Below the pieces are notes generated by a model. It saw nothing but the letters and a program-made list of their open reading frames with translations, was not told the DNA's origin and did no database searches. From positions 1,100 through 65,099 of the forward strand of contig JAZRWF010000065.1 of assembly GCA_045599565.1 (NCBI GenBank): a stretch of DNA of 64,000 nucleotides, written 5' to 3'. The DNA comes from Lachnospiraceae bacterium (lineage in GTDB: Bacteria; Bacillota; Clostridia; Lachnospirales; Lachnospiraceae). The stretch's first letter is position 1. Each line of letters begins with the position of its first letter. Below are positions 27,285 to 37,427 of this stretch, in pieces. The translations under genes were made by a program, and so were the position numbers.

Positions 27285-28106
27285 CTATAGCAGCCCTTCA
27301 CTCCAAATCTTATATGCGGCTACACCCTGGTGGTAGAGCATGCGGTCTCCGTGGATGATGGTGCAGCCGGCGGCGGCAGCATCCTTTAAAAGGGTGGTGT
27401 CGAGCGGGTTATAGACTGCGTCCATGACGATGAGACCAGGGCGCAAGAATTCTACTGGCACAAGGGATCTCGTGTCATCGCCCATGCCGACATTCGTGCC
27501 GTTTACGACCACAGACGACTCTGCGATGGCGCGTCCTAAAGCAGCTGTGTCAGCCATGTCTATAAGGTTTATGACAGCGCCGGATTCTGCCGAAACCCTG
27601 TCTAGGAATTCTTTATATGTATCAAAGGTCGGACCCTGACGTTTGAAGACGTTTATCACGCCCTTATATGTGAGTGCGGTCTCTACTATCATGGAGCTGG
27701 CTGCTCCGCCGGCACCTAAAACAGTGATAGTGCTGCCGGTTAAATCAAAGCCGACCTCGCGAACTGATTCAGTGAAGCCGATTCCGTCTGTCGTGTGACC
27801 ATATAGCTTTCCATCGATAATCTTAACTGTGTTTACGGAATGTGAAAGCTTGGCAGCAGGACTGATTTCATCCAGATAAGGAATGATATGCTCTTTAAGT
27901 GGCATGGTGAGATTAAAGCCTACGGCATTTATATTCTTCAAAAACTCCACGGCTGTGGCAAGCTGCTCTGGCTTAACATCGAAAGCTAAGTACACGCAGT
28001 CTATGCCATCCTGTTTGAAATTTCCTGTCTGAAGGGCTGGAGATTTCGAATGTTCTACTGGAGAGCCAAGCAGGCATGCCAGTCTGGTGTGTCCGGTAAT
28101 ATTCAT
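27285..28106 (-). CDS. aroE: shikimate dehydrogenase
   Basis: G.PV.HSKSP, GFNLTMPLK, SVNT, TTDG.G, GAGGAA, DAVYNP motifs. Confidence 0.93.
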   Translation of the reverse strand: MNITGHTRLACLLGSPVEHSKSPALQTGNFKQDGIDCVYLAFDVKPEQLATAVEFLKNINAVGFNLTMPLKEHIIPYLDEISPAAKLSHSVNTVKIIDGKLYGHTTDGIGFTESVREVGFDLTGSTITVLGAGGAASSMIVETALTYKGVINVFKRQGPTFDTYKEFLDRVSAESGAVINLIDMADTAALGRAIAESSVVVNGTNVGMGDDTRSLVPVEFLRPGLIVMDAVYNPLDTTLLKDAAAAGCTIIHGDRMLYHQGVAAYKIWSEGLL

Positions 28107-28185
28107 ACGGATAATTCCTCTCTTGCATATATATGCGAAATAGTATAATATAAGCTAGTTAAAATATCAATATATAGGATGAGCT

Positions 28186-28899
28186 ATGAAGACGAAGATA
28201 TGCTTGCCTATCACTGAATCTACGGAAAATGCAGTGCTCGATGAAGCGAAAGCGGTAAGAGAGGCTATACCAGATTTAGTGGAGCTGAGGGCAGATTTTT
28301 TAGATTATGTAGAGGACACTGCTAAGGTGGTGGACACTCTGAAGGAACTTAAAAAAATAGTAGGTGAAACGGGCGTTATTTTTACCTATAGGTCGAAAAG
28401 CCAGGGTGGAAATGGAGGTCTTGAGCCAGAAAAGGTGGCAGCTATTCTTACAGTGGCAGCAGCATCTTCCTATGTGACATACGTAGATGTGGAGCTTAAG
28501 TTCTTTGAAGATAGTGCATCCCTGATTAAAAGCATAAAGTCAAAGGGTGTGAAGGTAATTGCCTCTCATCATGATTTTAATGAAACTCCTAAGAAGAAGG
28601 ATATGTATGGAATCCTTAAAGAGATGAGGGATAAAGGCGCTGATGTGTGTAAGCTGGCAGTTATGCCAAACTCAGAGGTGGATGTTCTTAAGCTTATGAA
28701 GGTGTCTGCTGAATTCAAGGAAGAATATCCTGATCAAAGGATTATTACTATGAGTATGGGTAAGCTGGGGGTAGTTTCAAGACTAGGCTGCATTCTCAGT
28801 GGCAGTGATGTCACCTTTGCTAGCAGGCAAAAGGCCAGCGCACCAGGGCAGATAGATATTAAAAAGCTTAAAGATATATTAGAGGTCGTAGAGGGTTAG
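28186..28899 (+). CDS. aroD: type I 3-dehydroquinate dehydratase
   Basis: ELRAD, FTYRS..QGG, SHHDF.ETP, KLAVMP, MSMG, SAPGQ motifs. Confidence 0.95.
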   Translation: MKTKICLPITESTENAVLDEAKAVREAIPDLVELRADFLDYVEDTAKVVDTLKELKKIVGETGVIFTYRSKSQGGNGGLEPEKVAAILTVAAASSYVTYVDVELKFFEDSASLIKSIKSKGVKVIASHHDFNETPKKKDMYGILKEMRDKGADVCKLAVMPNSEVDVLKLMKVSAEFKEEYPDQRIITMSMGKLGVVSRLGCILSGSDVTFASRQKASAPGQIDIKKLKDILEVVEG

Positions 28900-28900
28900 T

Positions 28901-30028
28901 ATGAAATTTAAGATTTTAAAGGAAATGTTCATCGCTATGTCTATGGGCAAGAAGGCTATAAGTGCGGCTATTTTGGCAGCATCGGTTCTGGCCATGGGCG
29001 TGGGTGTGGCATCTGTTTCTGAAGATACTTCCGCAGTGTATGCTGAGGCAGTGGCATCTATGGAGGCTGAGACAGAGGCTGCCATGGCTGCGGTGGCAGC
29101 AGTAAATGAGCTAAGTGCAGTGGGTGCGGCACAGTCTAAGGAAGAACAGATAGCTGCAGCCAGAGAGGCAAAGCTCATAGAGGTAGCTGAAGCGAGAGAT
29201 GGGGCCAGAGCTAAGGAGGCTGAGAAGATAGCAGCCAGAAAGACCGAGGAGCCTAGTCCTTCTCCTTCACCATCAGAGACACCTACACCGGAGGCAAGTG
29301 CATCTGCTGCTCCAGCTGCATCAGGAAGCCCGGCGCCTTCAGCGAGCCCAACGGCAGAGGCTTCAGCTAAGCCTGCAGATAACTCTGTAAAGGGCGGCTC
29401 TTATCCTACTCATAAAAATCCTGGAAACCACAAGGATGTTTATTCGTGGATATCAGTACCAGGAACTTTAGTAGATTATCCAGTTTACTATTCGTCTACA
29501 CTTGATTATTGGCTCACCAGAAATGTAGACTCTAGCGGAACTGTACATAATCCTTCTAACCACTTGCCTGGATCTATCTACGTAAACGGAGGTGGTATAA
29601 ACTCTAAGGATTATTCTGATTATCTGACTATTATGTATGGTCATAACATGAAGAGGTCTGATAACAATATAAATGCTGGTATCACCATGTTTGGAACACT
29701 GCATTACTTCGATGATTCGAAGTTCTTTAACAGTCATGATACTATTTATATAGATACAGATACTAAGCGTTTGACTTATAAGATTATTGCTTGTGTGAAG
29801 TACACTGCATATCGTGTGGATTCCATGTATGATGTCAGAAGTAAATCAGGACGTGATGCGTATTGGAAGGAGCTTATGGGTTATAAGAATAATGACTCTA
29901 GAAACCATGTAAGAGACGGTGCTTCTGTGTCTGGAGACGATAAGCTTCTTATACTTTCTGTATGTATTAATGATGAAAATCACAGATACCACGTGGTAGG
30001 TAAATTGGTAAGTACCACGAATTTGTAA
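28901..30028 (+). CDS. class B sortase with long Ala/Pro/Ser-rich N-terminal linker
   Basis: WISVPGT.VDYPV, YGHNM, MFG.L, LSVC...RY catalytic His/Cys/Arg. Confidence 0.88.
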   Translation: MKFKILKEMFIAMSMGKKAISAAILAASVLAMGVGVASVSEDTSAVYAEAVASMEAETEAAMAAVAAVNELSAVGAAQSKEEQIAAAREAKLIEVAEARDGARAKEAEKIAARKTEEPSPSPSPSETPTPEASASAAPAASGSPAPSASPTAEASAKPADNSVKGGSYPTHKNPGNHKDVYSWISVPGTLVDYPVYYSSTLDYWLTRNVDSSGTVHNPSNHLPGSIYVNGGGINSKDYSDYLTIMYGHNMKRSDNNINAGITMFGTLHYFDDSKFFNSHDTIYIDTDTKRLTYKIIACVKYTAYRVDSMYDVRSKSGRDAYWKELMGYKNNDSRNHVRDGASVSGDDKLLILSVCINDENHRYHVVGKLVSTTNL

Positions 30029-30546
30029 TGAAAAATATTTATCTTTTAGGTTTTATGGGCTGCGGCAAAAGCACCGTAGCCGCTGAGCTTTCAAAGCTTT
30101 TGCCGCTTCCTGTCATGGAGATGGATGAAGCTCTTGTCCGCTCCTTTGGATGCTCCATACAGGAGGTTTTCGACACAAAGGGCGAGGCGTGGTTCAGAGA
30201 GCAGGAGCATTTGCTTTTAGAAAATGTGGCGAAGACTGGTGGATATATAGTATCCTGCGGTGGAGGAGTTCCGATTCGAGAGGATAATAGGGAACTTCTG
30301 AAGACGACAGGTACGTGTGTGCTTTTGACAGCAAATGCATCCACAGTCGCTAAGAGAACTGCTGGTGGAAAGGGTCGTCCGCTTCTCCTTGGAAAGTCGG
30401 AGGCGGAGATAAATGCTCTTATGGAAAAGCGAAGAGCGCTTTATGAGGCTGCCAGTGAAATGTCAGTGGAGACAGATGATAAAACTCCAGCAGAAATAGC
30501 TTCTGAAATAGTGAGGTTTTTGGCTGTAAATGACAGACTTTCCTAG
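30028..30546 (+). CDS. aroK: shikimate kinase
   Basis: GFMGCGKST, GEAWFRE.E, SCGGG, RPLL motifs. Confidence 0.95.
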   Translation: MKNIYLLGFMGCGKSTVAAELSKLLPLPVMEMDEALVRSFGCSIQEVFDTKGEAWFREQEHLLLENVAKTGGYIVSCGGGVPIREDNRELLKTTGTCVLLTANASTVAKRTAGGKGRPLLLGKSEAEINALMEKRRALYEAASEMSVETDDKTPAEIASEIVRFLAVNDRLS

Positions 30547-30550
30547 ATAG

Positions 30551-30579
30551 TTGACAATTATTAAATCAAAAGGTATAAT
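30551..30579 (+). promoter_or_regulatory. consensus sigma-A promoter
   Basis: TTGACA-N17-TATAAT upstream of the second sortase. Confidence 0.85.
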
Positions 30580-30624
30580 ATTACCAAATGTCATAGCGTA
30601 ACTATGCCTAAAAAGGAGATTAAG

Positions 30625-31572
30625 ATGAAAAATAAGTTTAGCTTACTTGGAGAGCTGATTAGCGAAATGCCTATCTGGCAGAAGATTGTAAGCATTGTGG
30701 TTGTAATTGCTTGTATAGTAGCCATTGCTTTGGGAGTTAGAGCTATCAGCTTTAATTCAGAGCTTACAGAGGCGGAGCATAAGTTCGATGAGTTCAGAGA
30801 GGATGTCACTACTACTGATGTAGGTAGCTCTAGCACTGATGTGTTTACGCAGGGTTCAGAGGTTTACATAGATCCTTCTATAATTACAGATAATCCAGAA
30901 GGACAGACACCAGAAGGACAAACTCCAGAAGGACAGACACCAGAGGGTCAGCAGCCAGAGCAGGATCCAGCTTCCAATGTGGTTACATCAGCATCTAAGC
31001 ATAACTTCTCTGCATTGCAGTCTAATAATAAGGATGTGTATGCATGGATTACAGTTCCACAGACTAAGGTAGATTATCCTATCCTTCAGAATACTGTAAA
31101 TGATTACTATCTCATGAGAAATATGGATGGATCTCAGGGTTATCCGGGATGTCTTTACACAAATAAGTGTAACAAGAAGGATTTCTCAGATTATGTAAAT
31201 ATCATCTATGGTCATAATATGAAGAATAAGACCATGTTTGGTTCACTTCACAGCTATGATGATGCTAGCTTCCTTAAGAAGGGAAATACCATTACTGTTG
31301 AAACTACTTCACAGTTCATTAACTACGAGGTAATCGCTGCTGTAAATTACAGTGATAATCGTATCGACTACTACTATGAGGTATCTTCTAAGAAGGGTAG
31401 AGATGACTTCTGGAAGTCAGTACTTGATAATAAGAATTCTAGTGGAACCACTATTTTAGTAGACACCTTGAACGATGACGATAAGCTGGTAGTTCTTTCT
31501 ACCTGTATTTCTGGTAAGTCTGACAGAAGATTTCTTATCATCGGAAGACAGACCAGCACATCTGCTCGTTAG
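30625..31572 (+). CDS. class B sortase
   Basis: N-terminal TM, N.DVYAWI.VP.T.VDYPILQ, YGHNM, LSTC...RF; PEGQT linker repeats; ATG 30625 with SD AAGGAG. Confidence 0.9.
   Translation: MKNKFSLLGELISEMPIWQKIVSIVVVIACIVAIALGVRAISFNSELTEAEHKFDEFREDVTTTDVGSSSTDVFTQGSEVYIDPSIITDNPEGQTPEGQTPEGQTPEGQQPEQDPASNVVTSASKHNFSALQSNNKDVYAWITVPQTKVDYPILQNTVNDYYLMRNMDGSQGYPGCLYTNKCNKKDFSDYVNIIYGHNMKNKTMFGSLHSYDDASFLKKGNTITVETTSQFINYEVIAAVNYSDNRIDYYYEVSSKKGRDDFWKSVLDNKNSSGTTILVDTLNDDDKLVVLSTCISGKSDRRFLIIGRQTSTSAR
30895..30960 (+). repeat. 15-bp coding tandem repeat (PEGQT x3-4)
   Basis: CCAGAAGGACARACW units within the sortase linker. Confidence 0.8.
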
Positions 31573-31590
31573 TTTTATATGTTTTTACTT

Positions 31591-31621
31591 GCTCAGGGTC
31601 TATAAAGCCCTGAGCTATTTT
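31591..31621 (+). terminator. hairpin between sortase and tRNA
   Basis: GCTCAGGG...CCCTGAGC-TATTTT. Confidence 0.6.
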
Positions 31622-31695
31622 GTAGGTGTAGCACAGCTGGATAATGCGTCAGACTCCGACTCTGAAGAGCGCCGGTTCGAATCCGGTCACCTACA
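31622..31695 (+). tRNA. tRNA-Arg(CCG)
   Basis: acceptor GTAGGTG/CACCTAC, anticodon arm TCAGA-CTCCGAC-TCTGA, T-arm CCGG-TTCGAAT-CCGG; CCA not encoded. Confidence 0.93.
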
Positions 31696-31727
31696 GGTTG
31701 GAAATAATTCCACTATGCTGACTTAAT

Positions 31728-32981
31728 ATGGAGGAAATGCGTTTGGAGATAATCAGAAAGTACCAAAGGTGCATTATAGCCGCTGTAGTGGCTATCGCTA
31801 TTGTACTTTTGGCGATTTTTGGAACCAGAGCATCTGGTTCATCCCATACTAATAATTCGGCCAATACACTTGGTAAGTATTCTAAAAAGATAGCACCAGA
31901 GCTGGAGGTGCTGATTAACAGCTATTATACAGCTTATTCGGCTGGTGATGTGGCTGCTGTAAAGGCGGTGGCTAGCCCTGTGACAGATCAGGAGGCCAGC
32001 TTTATTCAGTTTTATTCTGGATATATCTCTTCGCTTGAGGGACTAAAGCTTTATACTAAGCCTGGTATTGCAGAGGGTTCGTATTTGGTGAGTGCGTATA
32101 TAGAGTATCATTATAAGGGTATAGATACTCCGGCACCGGGTCTGGATTTCTTTTATGTAGAGACTGATACAGATGGAAATCTCTTCATAAATAATCTCTA
32201 TGGCAGCTTTAACCAGACTAATGAGATTTTAACCATGGATCCTGATGTGGAGCAGCTCATCGTAACCTTTGAGCAGGAGGGGGATGTGTTAGCACTTCAG
32301 GCAGAGGTGCAGGATGCTTATAATCAGGCAGTAGCTGCAGATTCGCTTTTGGCTACTCTTATAAACGAGACACTTCAGTCTGCATTTATAGATTGGAATA
32401 CACAGTATCTGATAGCACAGATGGAGGCTGAGCATGCTGAGCAGGAGAGACTGGCAGCAGAAGCCGCTGCAGCAGAGGCTGCCGCTGAGGAAGCCAGACT
32501 CCAGGCAGAGGAGGACAATGCCTACAAGGGAAAGGTTAGCGGCTCTTCTGTATATGTTAGAAGAGAGGCTAGTTCTGAGTCCACTAAGATAGGTACTCTC
32601 ACAAAGGGTAAGGAAGTAAAGATTTATTCGCAGGAGGGTGAGTTCTATAAGATAGACTTCGGAGGTGTAAAGGCCTATGTAGCATGCCAGTACATCAGCA
32701 CTAATGGTCCTTCGGATCTTTGGAATCAGGCGGCTACACCAGGTGCGACATCAAATGACCCTAGCGATAAAACAGTTATCACTGTCAGCAAGTTCACTGC
32801 TGGTGAGAAGTACATGGTAATGGATTCGCTTAAGGTAAGAAAGGATTGCTCAACTGATTCAGATCATCTTGAGACAGTTCGAAAGGGTGATAAGGTTACT
32901 ATCGTTGAGTCTTATGCGAACGGCTGGACTAAGGTTAAGACCAGCAAGAATACCGGATATATTAGAACAGATTTATTATAA
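31728..32981 (+). CDS. membrane-anchored SH3b-domain protein
   Basis: N-terminal TM; two bacterial SH3 repeats (VYVRREAS..S.KIG.L..G; LKVRKD.ST.S....V.KGDKV...GWTKV...GYIRTDLL); start may be 31737 or 31743. Confidence 0.82.
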   Translation: MEEMRLEIIRKYQRCIIAAVVAIAIVLLAIFGTRASGSSHTNNSANTLGKYSKKIAPELEVLINSYYTAYSAGDVAAVKAVASPVTDQEASFIQFYSGYISSLEGLKLYTKPGIAEGSYLVSAYIEYHYKGIDTPAPGLDFFYVETDTDGNLFINNLYGSFNQTNEILTMDPDVEQLIVTFEQEGDVLALQAEVQDAYNQAVAADSLLATLINETLQSAFIDWNTQYLIAQMEAEHAEQERLAAEAAAAEAAAEEARLQAEEDNAYKGKVSGSSVYVRREASSESTKIGTLTKGKEVKIYSQEGEFYKIDFGGVKAYVACQYISTNGPSDLWNQAATPGATSNDPSDKTVITVSKFTAGEKYMVMDSLKVRKDCSTDSDHLETVRKGDKVTIVESYANGWTKVKTSKNTGYIRTDLL

Positions 32982-33004
32982 TATTTAGAAATAAGGGTAC
33001 CTAC

Positions 33005-33697
33005 GTGAGACTGAATAAGTTTTTATCAGACGCGGGTGTCTGCTCCAGAAGACAAGCTGACCAAGCCATTTTAGATGGCTTGGTCTTTGTATCTGGTAAA
33101 AGGGCAAATCTGGGGGATCAGGTCACGGGTGATGAGGAGATTACCTTCAGAGGAAAAAGGGTAAGTGCCAGGACGAATGACTATGTTATTCTGGCCTACA
33201 ATAAGCCTAAGGGAGTGGAATGCACCGCAGATCCAAAGGTTAAAAATAATATAGTGAGCAAGGTAGGATATAAATCCAGAGTTTATCCTGTCGGCAGACT
33301 GGATTTGAATTCCAGAGGACTTATTCTTCTTACGGATAATGGTGAGTTGGCTAATGAGCTGACAAAGGCATCGAACAGGCATGAGAAGGAATATCTGGTG
33401 AGAGTGGATAAGCCTTTGACGGAGAGCTTTATAGAAAAAATGTCTAAGGGTGTTTACCTGAAGGATTTAGATAAAACTACGGCGCCGTGTAAGGTGTCGA
33501 TGTGCTCGAAATTCACTTTTTCTATCGTGCTGGTGCAGGGGCTGAATCGCCAAATCAGACGTATGTGCAATACCTTTGGATATAATGTGACGGATTTGCA
33601 GCGCATTAGAATCATGGATTTAGAGCTGGGAGATTTAGCTCCAGGAAGCTATAGGGAGATAGATGGACGAGTACTTGGACTTAATAAAACAAATTGA
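33005..33697 (+). CDS. RsuA/RluB/RluF-family pseudouridine synthase
   Basis: S4 domain RLNKFLS..GVCSRR.AD; GRLD catalytic motif; NRQIRRM. Confidence 0.92.
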   Translation: MRLNKFLSDAGVCSRRQADQAILDGLVFVSGKRANLGDQVTGDEEITFRGKRVSARTNDYVILAYNKPKGVECTADPKVKNNIVSKVGYKSRVYPVGRLDLNSRGLILLTDNGELANELTKASNRHEKEYLVRVDKPLTESFIEKMSKGVYLKDLDKTTAPCKVSMCSKFTFSIVLVQGLNRQIRRMCNTFGYNVTDLQRIRIMDLELGDLAPGSYREIDGRVLGLNKTN

Positions 33698-35642
33698 ATA
33701 TCACAGTGACAGGTATTACAATGCTGACGATCCGGAAATCACAGATTTCGAGTATGACCAATTAACGCAGCGTCTTCGTGCCATAGAAAAGGAGCATCCA
33801 GAGTATGTGACGAATGCTTCACCTAGCCAGCATGTAGGCGGCACTGTAAAGAGGGAAGCCGGCGTGGCTGTGGCACATAGAAATGCTATGCTAAGTCTTT
33901 TGGATGTGTTTTCAAAGGCTGATGTAGAGTCCTTCGTGAATGATGTGAAGGCACAGTTTCCTGATGCACGTTTCGTGGTGGAGCGTAAGATAGATGGTCT
34001 TTCGATGTCGCTTAGATATGAAAATGGCGAGCTTACCATGGCTGAGACCAGGGGTGACGGAGTGAACTTCGGCGAGGATGTCACGGTAAATGCGAGGGTT
34101 ATACCTGATGTGGTTTTAAGCCTTAAGAATGCGCCAGAATATTTAGAGCTCAGAGGCGAAGTTTACATGTCGCTTGCGAACTTTGACGCAGTGAATGAGA
34201 GACAGGAAATGCTCGGAAAGAAGATATTTGCTAATCCGAGAAACTGTGCGGCAGGTACTTTAAGACAGCTTGACTCAGCGGTGGTAAAGGAGAGAGGGCT
34301 TTCGCTTTTTATCTTTAATCTTCAGGAGTCTGTGGGCAGAGAGTTCGAATCGCACTCACAGTGCTATGAGTATTTAAAGAGTGAAGGAATCTCTATTATA
34401 GAGGACTACAGGGTCTGCAGCGAATTTAGCGAGGTCTGGGAGGCTATCGAGCACATCGGAAGCAGCCGCGGTGAGCTTAGCTATGACATAGATGGAGCGG
34501 TGGTAAAGATAGATCAGTACTCTATACGTGAGGCGATGGGTGCTACAGCCAAGGTGCCTAGATGGGCGGTGGCGTATAAGTATCCGCCTGAGGAAAAGGA
34601 AGCCACTATTTTAGATATTGAGCTGACTGTAGGCCGAACCGGAAGAGTGAATCCGACCGCTATATTTACACCAGTAAGGCTTTGCGGAACCTCGGTAAGT
34701 CGTGCGACTCTGCATAATCAGGACTTTATAGATGAGCTGGATATAGGAATAGGCGATACGGTTTTAGTATATAAATCCGGAGAGATTATTCCTAAAATAA
34801 AGGCTGTCATAAAGGAAAAGCGACCAGTAGGAGTCCAGACATTTAAGCTACCTGAGGTCTGTCCTGTATGCGGGCAGAAGACCTTTAGGTTTGTCAGTGA
34901 GGGCAGCGTGACAGCTGATATAAAGTGTGTGAATCCGACCTGTCCGGCCCGAAGAATCACCGGTCTTATAAATTTTGTGAGCCGCGATGCGATGGATATA
35001 AAGGGCTTTGGCGACAAATTAATCGAAGCTTTGGTGTCAGAGGGCTACCTAAATGATGTGGCTGATTTCTACAGTCTTAAGGACTATCGCGAAGAGCTCA
35101 TAGAAAAGGGAATCATAGGAAAAGAGAAAAACACGGATAAGCTGCTGGCTCTGATAGAGGCAAGTAAGGAAAATGATCCAAGACAGCTTCTCACGGGGCT
35201 TGGAATACCTGGAGTGGGAAAGAGCGGCGCGAAGTCTTTGATTTCGCACTATAAGAGTATCGATGCCATCATGTCTGCTAGTGTCGAAGACCTAAAGGAT
35301 GTGGAGGATGTAGGTGAGATAACTGCTGCTGCTGTGAAAAACTTTTTTGCGATGGACAGCACGCGTGATATAATAGATAGGCTGTCGAGTGCGGGCGTGA
35401 AGGTGAGTGCTGATGAGGAAGTGCTTTTAAGTACTAAATATGAGGGGCTGACCTTTTGTATAACGGGCACACTGCCGGATATGTCACGTCAGGAGGCTAC
35501 CGCATATATCGAGGCTAACGGTGGAAAGGTCACAGGTTCTGTTTCTAAGAAAACGGATTATCTTTTGACCGGTGATGCAGCCGGAAGCAAGCTGGAAAAG
35601 GCTAAGAGCCTTGGAATAAAAATAATAGATAGGTTATGGTGA
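33663..35642 (+). CDS. ligA: NAD-dependent DNA ligase
   Basis: KIDG adenylation motif, ANPRN.AAGTLRQ, Zn finger, HhH, BRCT. Confidence 0.97.
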   Translation: MDEYLDLIKQIEYHSDRYYNADDPEITDFEYDQLTQRLRAIEKEHPEYVTNASPSQHVGGTVKREAGVAVAHRNAMLSLLDVFSKADVESFVNDVKAQFPDARFVVERKIDGLSMSLRYENGELTMAETRGDGVNFGEDVTVNARVIPDVVLSLKNAPEYLELRGEVYMSLANFDAVNERQEMLGKKIFANPRNCAAGTLRQLDSAVVKERGLSLFIFNLQESVGREFESHSQCYEYLKSEGISIIEDYRVCSEFSEVWEAIEHIGSSRGELSYDIDGAVVKIDQYSIREAMGATAKVPRWAVAYKYPPEEKEATILDIELTVGRTGRVNPTAIFTPVRLCGTSVSRATLHNQDFIDELDIGIGDTVLVYKSGEIIPKIKAVIKEKRPVGVQTFKLPEVCPVCGQKTFRFVSEGSVTADIKCVNPTCPARRITGLINFVSRDAMDIKGFGDKLIEALVSEGYLNDVADFYSLKDYREELIEKGIIGKEKNTDKLLALIEASKENDPRQLLTGLGIPGVGKSGAKSLISHYKSIDAIMSASVEDLKDVEDVGEITAAAVKNFFAMDSTRDIIDRLSSAGVKVSADEEVLLSTKYEGLTFCITGTLPDMSRQEATAYIEANGGKVTGSVSKKTDYLLTGDAAGSKLEKAKSLGIKIIDRLW

Positions 35643-35646
35643 TAAT

Positions 35647-36555
35647 ATGCCGATTAGAGTATCAAATGATCTGCCAGCTAGAGCAGAGCTAGAGTCAGAA
35701 AATATATTTGTGATGGACGAGGGAAGAGCTGTAAGTCAGGATATCAGACCCCTTGAGATAGCTATTTTAAATCTTATGCCATTAAAGGAGGACACAGAGC
35801 TTCAGCTTCTTCGTTCACTTTCTAACACACCTCTTCAGGTAAATGTTACATTTTTAACTGTGGAGAGTCACGAGAGTAAAAACACAGCTAAAAGCCATCT
35901 CGACAAATTTTATATCAGCTGGAGCGATGTGAAGAATAGGAATTTTGACGGCTTTATTATAACTGGTGCGCCGGTGGAAAATATGCCCTTTGAGGAAGTG
36001 GACTATTGGAGTGAGCTCACAGAGATAATGGACTGGACCACCACGCATGTTACCAGCACTTTGCACATTTGCTGGGGCTCACAGGCAGGTCTTTACTATC
36101 GCTTTGGAATTAATAAGGAGCAGCTTAGTGAGAAGAAATTCGGCGTGTTCCCACATAAGGTTTTGAACAGAAAGGAGCCTTTGGTAAGAGGCTTCGATGA
36201 CATATTCTATGCACCACACTCAAGACATACAGGAGTCCCGACAGAGGGAATAAAGGCCTGCAAGGAGCTGATGGTCTTAGCTGAGGGCGAGGAGGCAGGC
36301 GTATTCCTTTGCATGACTCCTGATGGAAAAAACATTTTCGTGAACGGACATCCTGAGTACGATCGCCTTACTCTTGACAAGGAGTACAAGCGCGATTTGG
36401 GCAAGGGTATGGATATCAAGATGCCTATAAATTATTATCCAGATGACGACCCTTCGAAGAAGCCGCTGCTTCAGTGGAGGTCACATGCGAATGCGTTGTA
36501 CACGAACTGGCTGAATTACTACGTATATCAGAATACACCATATAATTTCTCATGA
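35647..36555 (+). CDS. metA: homoserine O-acyltransferase (MetA family; TGAPVE Glu suggests acetyl-CoA specificity)
   Basis: ILNLMP, ITGAPVE, HICW, PHSR, GHPEY motifs. Confidence 0.95.
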   Translation: MPIRVSNDLPARAELESENIFVMDEGRAVSQDIRPLEIAILNLMPLKEDTELQLLRSLSNTPLQVNVTFLTVESHESKNTAKSHLDKFYISWSDVKNRNFDGFIITGAPVENMPFEEVDYWSELTEIMDWTTTHVTSTLHICWGSQAGLYYRFGINKEQLSEKKFGVFPHKVLNRKEPLVRGFDDIFYAPHSRHTGVPTEGIKACKELMVLAEGEEAGVFLCMTPDGKNIFVNGHPEYDRLTLDKEYKRDLGKGMDIKMPINYYPDDDPSKKPLLQWRSHANALYTNWLNYYVYQNTPYNFS

Positions 36556-36569
36556 TGGTTTAGTAAAAC

Positions 36570-36598
36570 TTGAAGATAAGTGTGTTATATGGTATAGT
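36570..36598 (+). promoter_or_regulatory. sigma-A promoter of the asp23-nusB operon
   Basis: TTGAAG-N17-TATAGT with extended -10 TG. Confidence 0.6.
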
Positions 36599-36636
36599 TG
36601 ACAGAATAAACAGTATCAAAGGAGGTCAGAGGAGAA

Positions 36637-37008
36637 ATGGCTGAAGAAAAGATATTTACAATAGAGGAAAAAGATAATAACGCTATAAAGATTAGCGAGG
36701 AAGTGATTTGCACTATCATAGGACTTGGTGCAGTAGAGGCTGAGGGAGTATCTTCTTTGGTTGGAAATCTTGACAAGGAGTCTATCGTAAAGGTAAACCC
36801 TGCTAAGATTTTAAAGGCTGTAAAGGTCGATAAGAACGAGGACAACACCATAGTTATCGATATAAATGTAGTATTTAACTATGGCTACGAGATTCCAAAG
36901 GTTTGTGGGGTTATTCAGGACAAGGTTAAGAGTGCTGTAGAAACTATGACTGACCTTAAGGTTTCGGCTATTAACATTCATGTAGTTTCTATAGTTATGC
37001 CTCAGTAG
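36637..37008 (+). CDS. Asp23/Gls24 family protein
   Basis: IKISEEVI..I.G..A.E.EGV and YG..IP.V...IQ.KVK.AVE.MT.L.V..INI.V; upstream of nusB. Confidence 0.9.
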   Translation: MAEEKIFTIEEKDNNAIKISEEVICTIIGLGAVEAEGVSSLVGNLDKESIVKVNPAKILKAVKVDKNEDNTIVIDINVVFNYGYEIPKVCGVIQDKVKSAVETMTDLKVSAINIHVVSIVMPQ

Positions 37009-37016
37009 GAGGGCGT

Positions 37017-37427
37017 ATGGCACTGTCTAGACATGAGGCCAGAGTATTTGTTTTTATGCTGGTCTTTCAGAATACATTCCATGACGAAGAGGGTAGAACT
37101 AAGGCCATGGATAACTTTTTCTCACAGGATGGCTATGAGGAAATTCTCATGCATCCAGAGGTAACCGACGAGCTTAAGGCTAAGGCTGAGGCTATATGTC
37201 AGCATGCTAAAGAGTTCGATGCTTTGATAGATGAAAAGATCGAAGGCTGGAAGGCTAGCCGTATGGGCAGAGCTGATCTTTGTGCTATTCATTTGGCTCT
37301 TTATGAGGCAAAGTTCGAGGATATGCCTAAGGGAGCCTGCGTGTCAGAGGCTGTCAGCATAGCTGAGGAGTACGGCACAGATAAGTCTGCTGCCTTTGTG
37401 AATGGTGTGCTTGCGAGGTTATTATAA
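37017..37427 (+). CDS. nusB: transcription antitermination factor NusB
   Basis: SRHEAR, W..SRM...D...I.LA.YE, EAV.IA..YG...SAAFVNGVL. Confidence 0.92.
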   Translation: MALSRHEARVFVFMLVFQNTFHDEEGRTKAMDNFFSQDGYEEILMHPEVTDELKAKAEAICQHAKEFDALIDEKIEGWKASRMGRADLCAIHLALYEAKFEDMPKGACVSEAVSIAEEYGTDKSAAFVNGVLARLL

